The notes beneath the pieces are model-generated. The model saw nothing but the letters and a program-made list of their open reading frames with translations, had not been told where the DNA came from and made no database searches. Below, in pieces: positions 61,943 to 64,000 of a stretch of DNA of 64,000 nucleotides. The position numbers and the translations under genes were made by a program. Source of the stretch: Paraspadella gotoi. Its lineage: Eukaryota > Animalia > Chaetognatha. Within the stretch, counting starts at the first letter, position 1; every line of letters begins with the position of its first letter. Location: contig CM119271.1 in the NCBI GenBank assembly GCA_051294375.1, forward strand, positions 5,507,991 to 5,571,990, read 5' to 3'.

Positions 61943-64000
61943 TTAATCATTGACATATTCCTCCCCGATCTTTCTCTCGTACATCGGCGAGGGCAATCCC
62001 AGCGTTCTCTGTCCTTTACTCAGTTTGATCATCTTCTTTTTTCTCATAAAATCCTGGACGACGTTTTGCATGATTTCGTCCGCGTTGCGATCTTCTTTCG
62101 TTCCCGAACGCTCCTTCTGTCTTCGCCCACCGCCGTCCTCCTGCAGCTCCTGCTGCTGCTGCTGCTCCTCGATCGACTGTCCCCGTTGACGCTGCTGCTG
62201 TTGCGGTTCCAGCATGTCGACGGATAGAGATAAAGGCCTTCGTACTAAAACGTAAAAAAAAAAAATTAAATAGAATCGATCAATCAAATCAACGAGCAAC
62301 GTCGCCACGAACCGTTTTTGGCCCAAACTGCGAGCTTCGGTGCCAGGGAATCGCCGACACCGCCGCTGCTGGTCTTGCCGCTCCCGACGTCGCCGCCGCT
62401 GACGACGCCGCCCCCGGCGACGCTGTTCTTGCTGCCGAGGCTGCCGACGCCGCCCCCACCGATTGTGTCGCGGACGAGAGTGTGGAGGCCCGTGTCGCTG
62501 TCAAAAACTCCGCGAGTGTCGATCGGAGTCAAGAGATTGGAAGAAACAAGTCGCGGCAGACTAGGAAATGCGAATGAGAATATATATAAAATATATATTA
62601 AAAGATGAAAAACGGGGAAAAAATAGTATTAACTTTTGTGTGATTCTCAATCTGACCTAATCGGGTTAGAGGAAACATTCATCGAGCTGGACTTGCGAAT
62701 TAACTGGATAAAGAAATAAGATAGAAGGGGTTTTCAAATTTAAATTTATAAATAAAAAGCTTATTTTTTTCAAAATCTCAAATTTATTAGCAAATATCAC
62801 TAATATTTACGGTAGGAAATGCAATTTGAAAATGGCATACAATAATTTGTTTTAATACGCTTCAATCGCGTAATTGTGTAATTTTTAAAAACGAGCAATA
62901 ATTTATACATCCTATTTTTAAGACAGCTCACTACTATAGTATGATTTAGTCGTAATTTAAATAAAAGTTGGTTAAACAGACTAACCAATCTCCAAATAGA
63001 CTTATAACTAAAAACAAGATTGGTTCATCCAATGTGTTGCGCCGGAGTGACTTTGTTTTCATGTGTACTTCTAGTGACATGAAATGACATGACCTGACAT
63101 GACAGCACTCGACTTTACATGACTACATGACTACTATAACTTTCTTAGCCTGTCTATTTTTTTTTAAACGTCAAGTATGAAATGTAAGCAACCTTCAAAA
63201 ATCAAAATCAAAAACCATAAAATGTGTTACAGAAAAGGGCATCGGGACCACAACAATGCTAATAATAGAAATAAAAACTACAATCAACAATCAATATATA
63301 TATATATAAGCACGCAAATCATCAAAAAAGAGATACAAATAAAAACAAAAAGAGACGCTAACAAGAAAAAACAAAACTAAAGATGCTAATAAAAACAAAA
63401 AGAGACGCTAACAACAAAATGAGATGCTAACAAATACACAAATACACAAAAACACAAATATAGCCTGTCCAATGTCCATTTATGACACGCATTGCATTGG
63501 AATTCCATCTTTATAGTTTTAGGATATCCTGAAAGCGGCGCAAGCAGTTCCTTAGATTTGAGGTTTTTTTTCTGTCTTAAGAAATTAGCAACTAACTAGA
63601 GGCAAGTTATGTGTATTTTTAACGTAAGTGGGACAGACGGACGGACATACCGACCGACAGATCGACCGACCGACCGAAAAGTGACTTATAGTGACATATA
63701 TATATAAAACAAGCAAAACTTGCGGGCGCGAACCCTAAACCTTCTCCGCTGCGACGTCTCCAACGGCGTCTCCCGTCTCCTCTTCCCTCTCCTCCTCTTC
63801 CTCTTTCTTCTCTTCCTCCTCCTCTTCCTCCCTCCCGTCCTCTTCCTCCGGCAGATCCACCTCCACGTGAAGATGTTGACGATTCGGTCCCTCGAAGGAC
63901 AGAGTCGACGCCGAGGGACGCCGGTGCGATTTAGGCGCCCCCTGCAGCGTCGAGACGGAAGCGGGCGTGTCCCCGAAACCGACGCCGCTGCTGACGCGAG
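61943..64000 (-). CDS. Unidentified low-complexity exons (3' end of an upstream gene, or an extended K2P N-terminus); runs off the window edge
   Basis: GC-rich open blocks: 64000-~63741 (VSSGVGFGDTP..EEEDGREEEEEEKK..), ~62560-62313 (Gly/Ser-rich), ~62235-61943 (EPQQQQRQ...DEIMQNVVQDFMRKKK...). Confidence 0.5.
63008..63691 (-). mobile_element. DINE-1/HINE-like copy with an internal AT-rich insertion
   Basis: aaaaacaagattggttcatccaatgtgttgcgccgg..(atgac)n at 63010-63130, and the core/GTCY part at 63505-63691. The 5' hairpin end is missing. Confidence 0.6.

Overview
AT-rich animal (probably invertebrate) genomic DNA with many (GA)n/(CT)n microsatellites, N-gaps, and noisy duplicated or fold-back segments that look like an imperfectly polished long-read or amplified-DNA assembly. 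Four genes are recognisable by manual translation: (1) a multi-exon high-affinity choline transporter (SLC5A7/CHT1, + strand, about 15.6-32.7 kb), with two further partial noisy copies at 1-2 kb (-) and 7.9-9.7 kb (+); (2) a complete Cav2-type voltage-gated Ca2+ channel alpha1 subunit in one uninterrupted ~5 kb ORF (26160-31190); (3) a divergent three-exon Derlin (42.1-44.4 kb); (4) a multi-exon two-pore-domain K+ channel (- strand, 54.8-61.5 kb). The main observation is that the intronless Cav2 ORF lies on the same strand inside a ~10.6 kb intron of the choline transporter: CHT1 exons stop at 21910 and resume at 32529 with QLFPFK...SYATKYIFEKG, with no N-gap between. This resembles the nested ChAT/VAChT cholinergic locus but uses different presynaptic genes. 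The Cav2 has a divergent AID and ends just after its IQ region. The K2P has Ser in place of the filter Thr in both pore loops. A DINE-1/HINE-like non-autonomous Helentron family is dispersed through the window. All calls come from reading the sequence and remembered family motifs; no database search was run.
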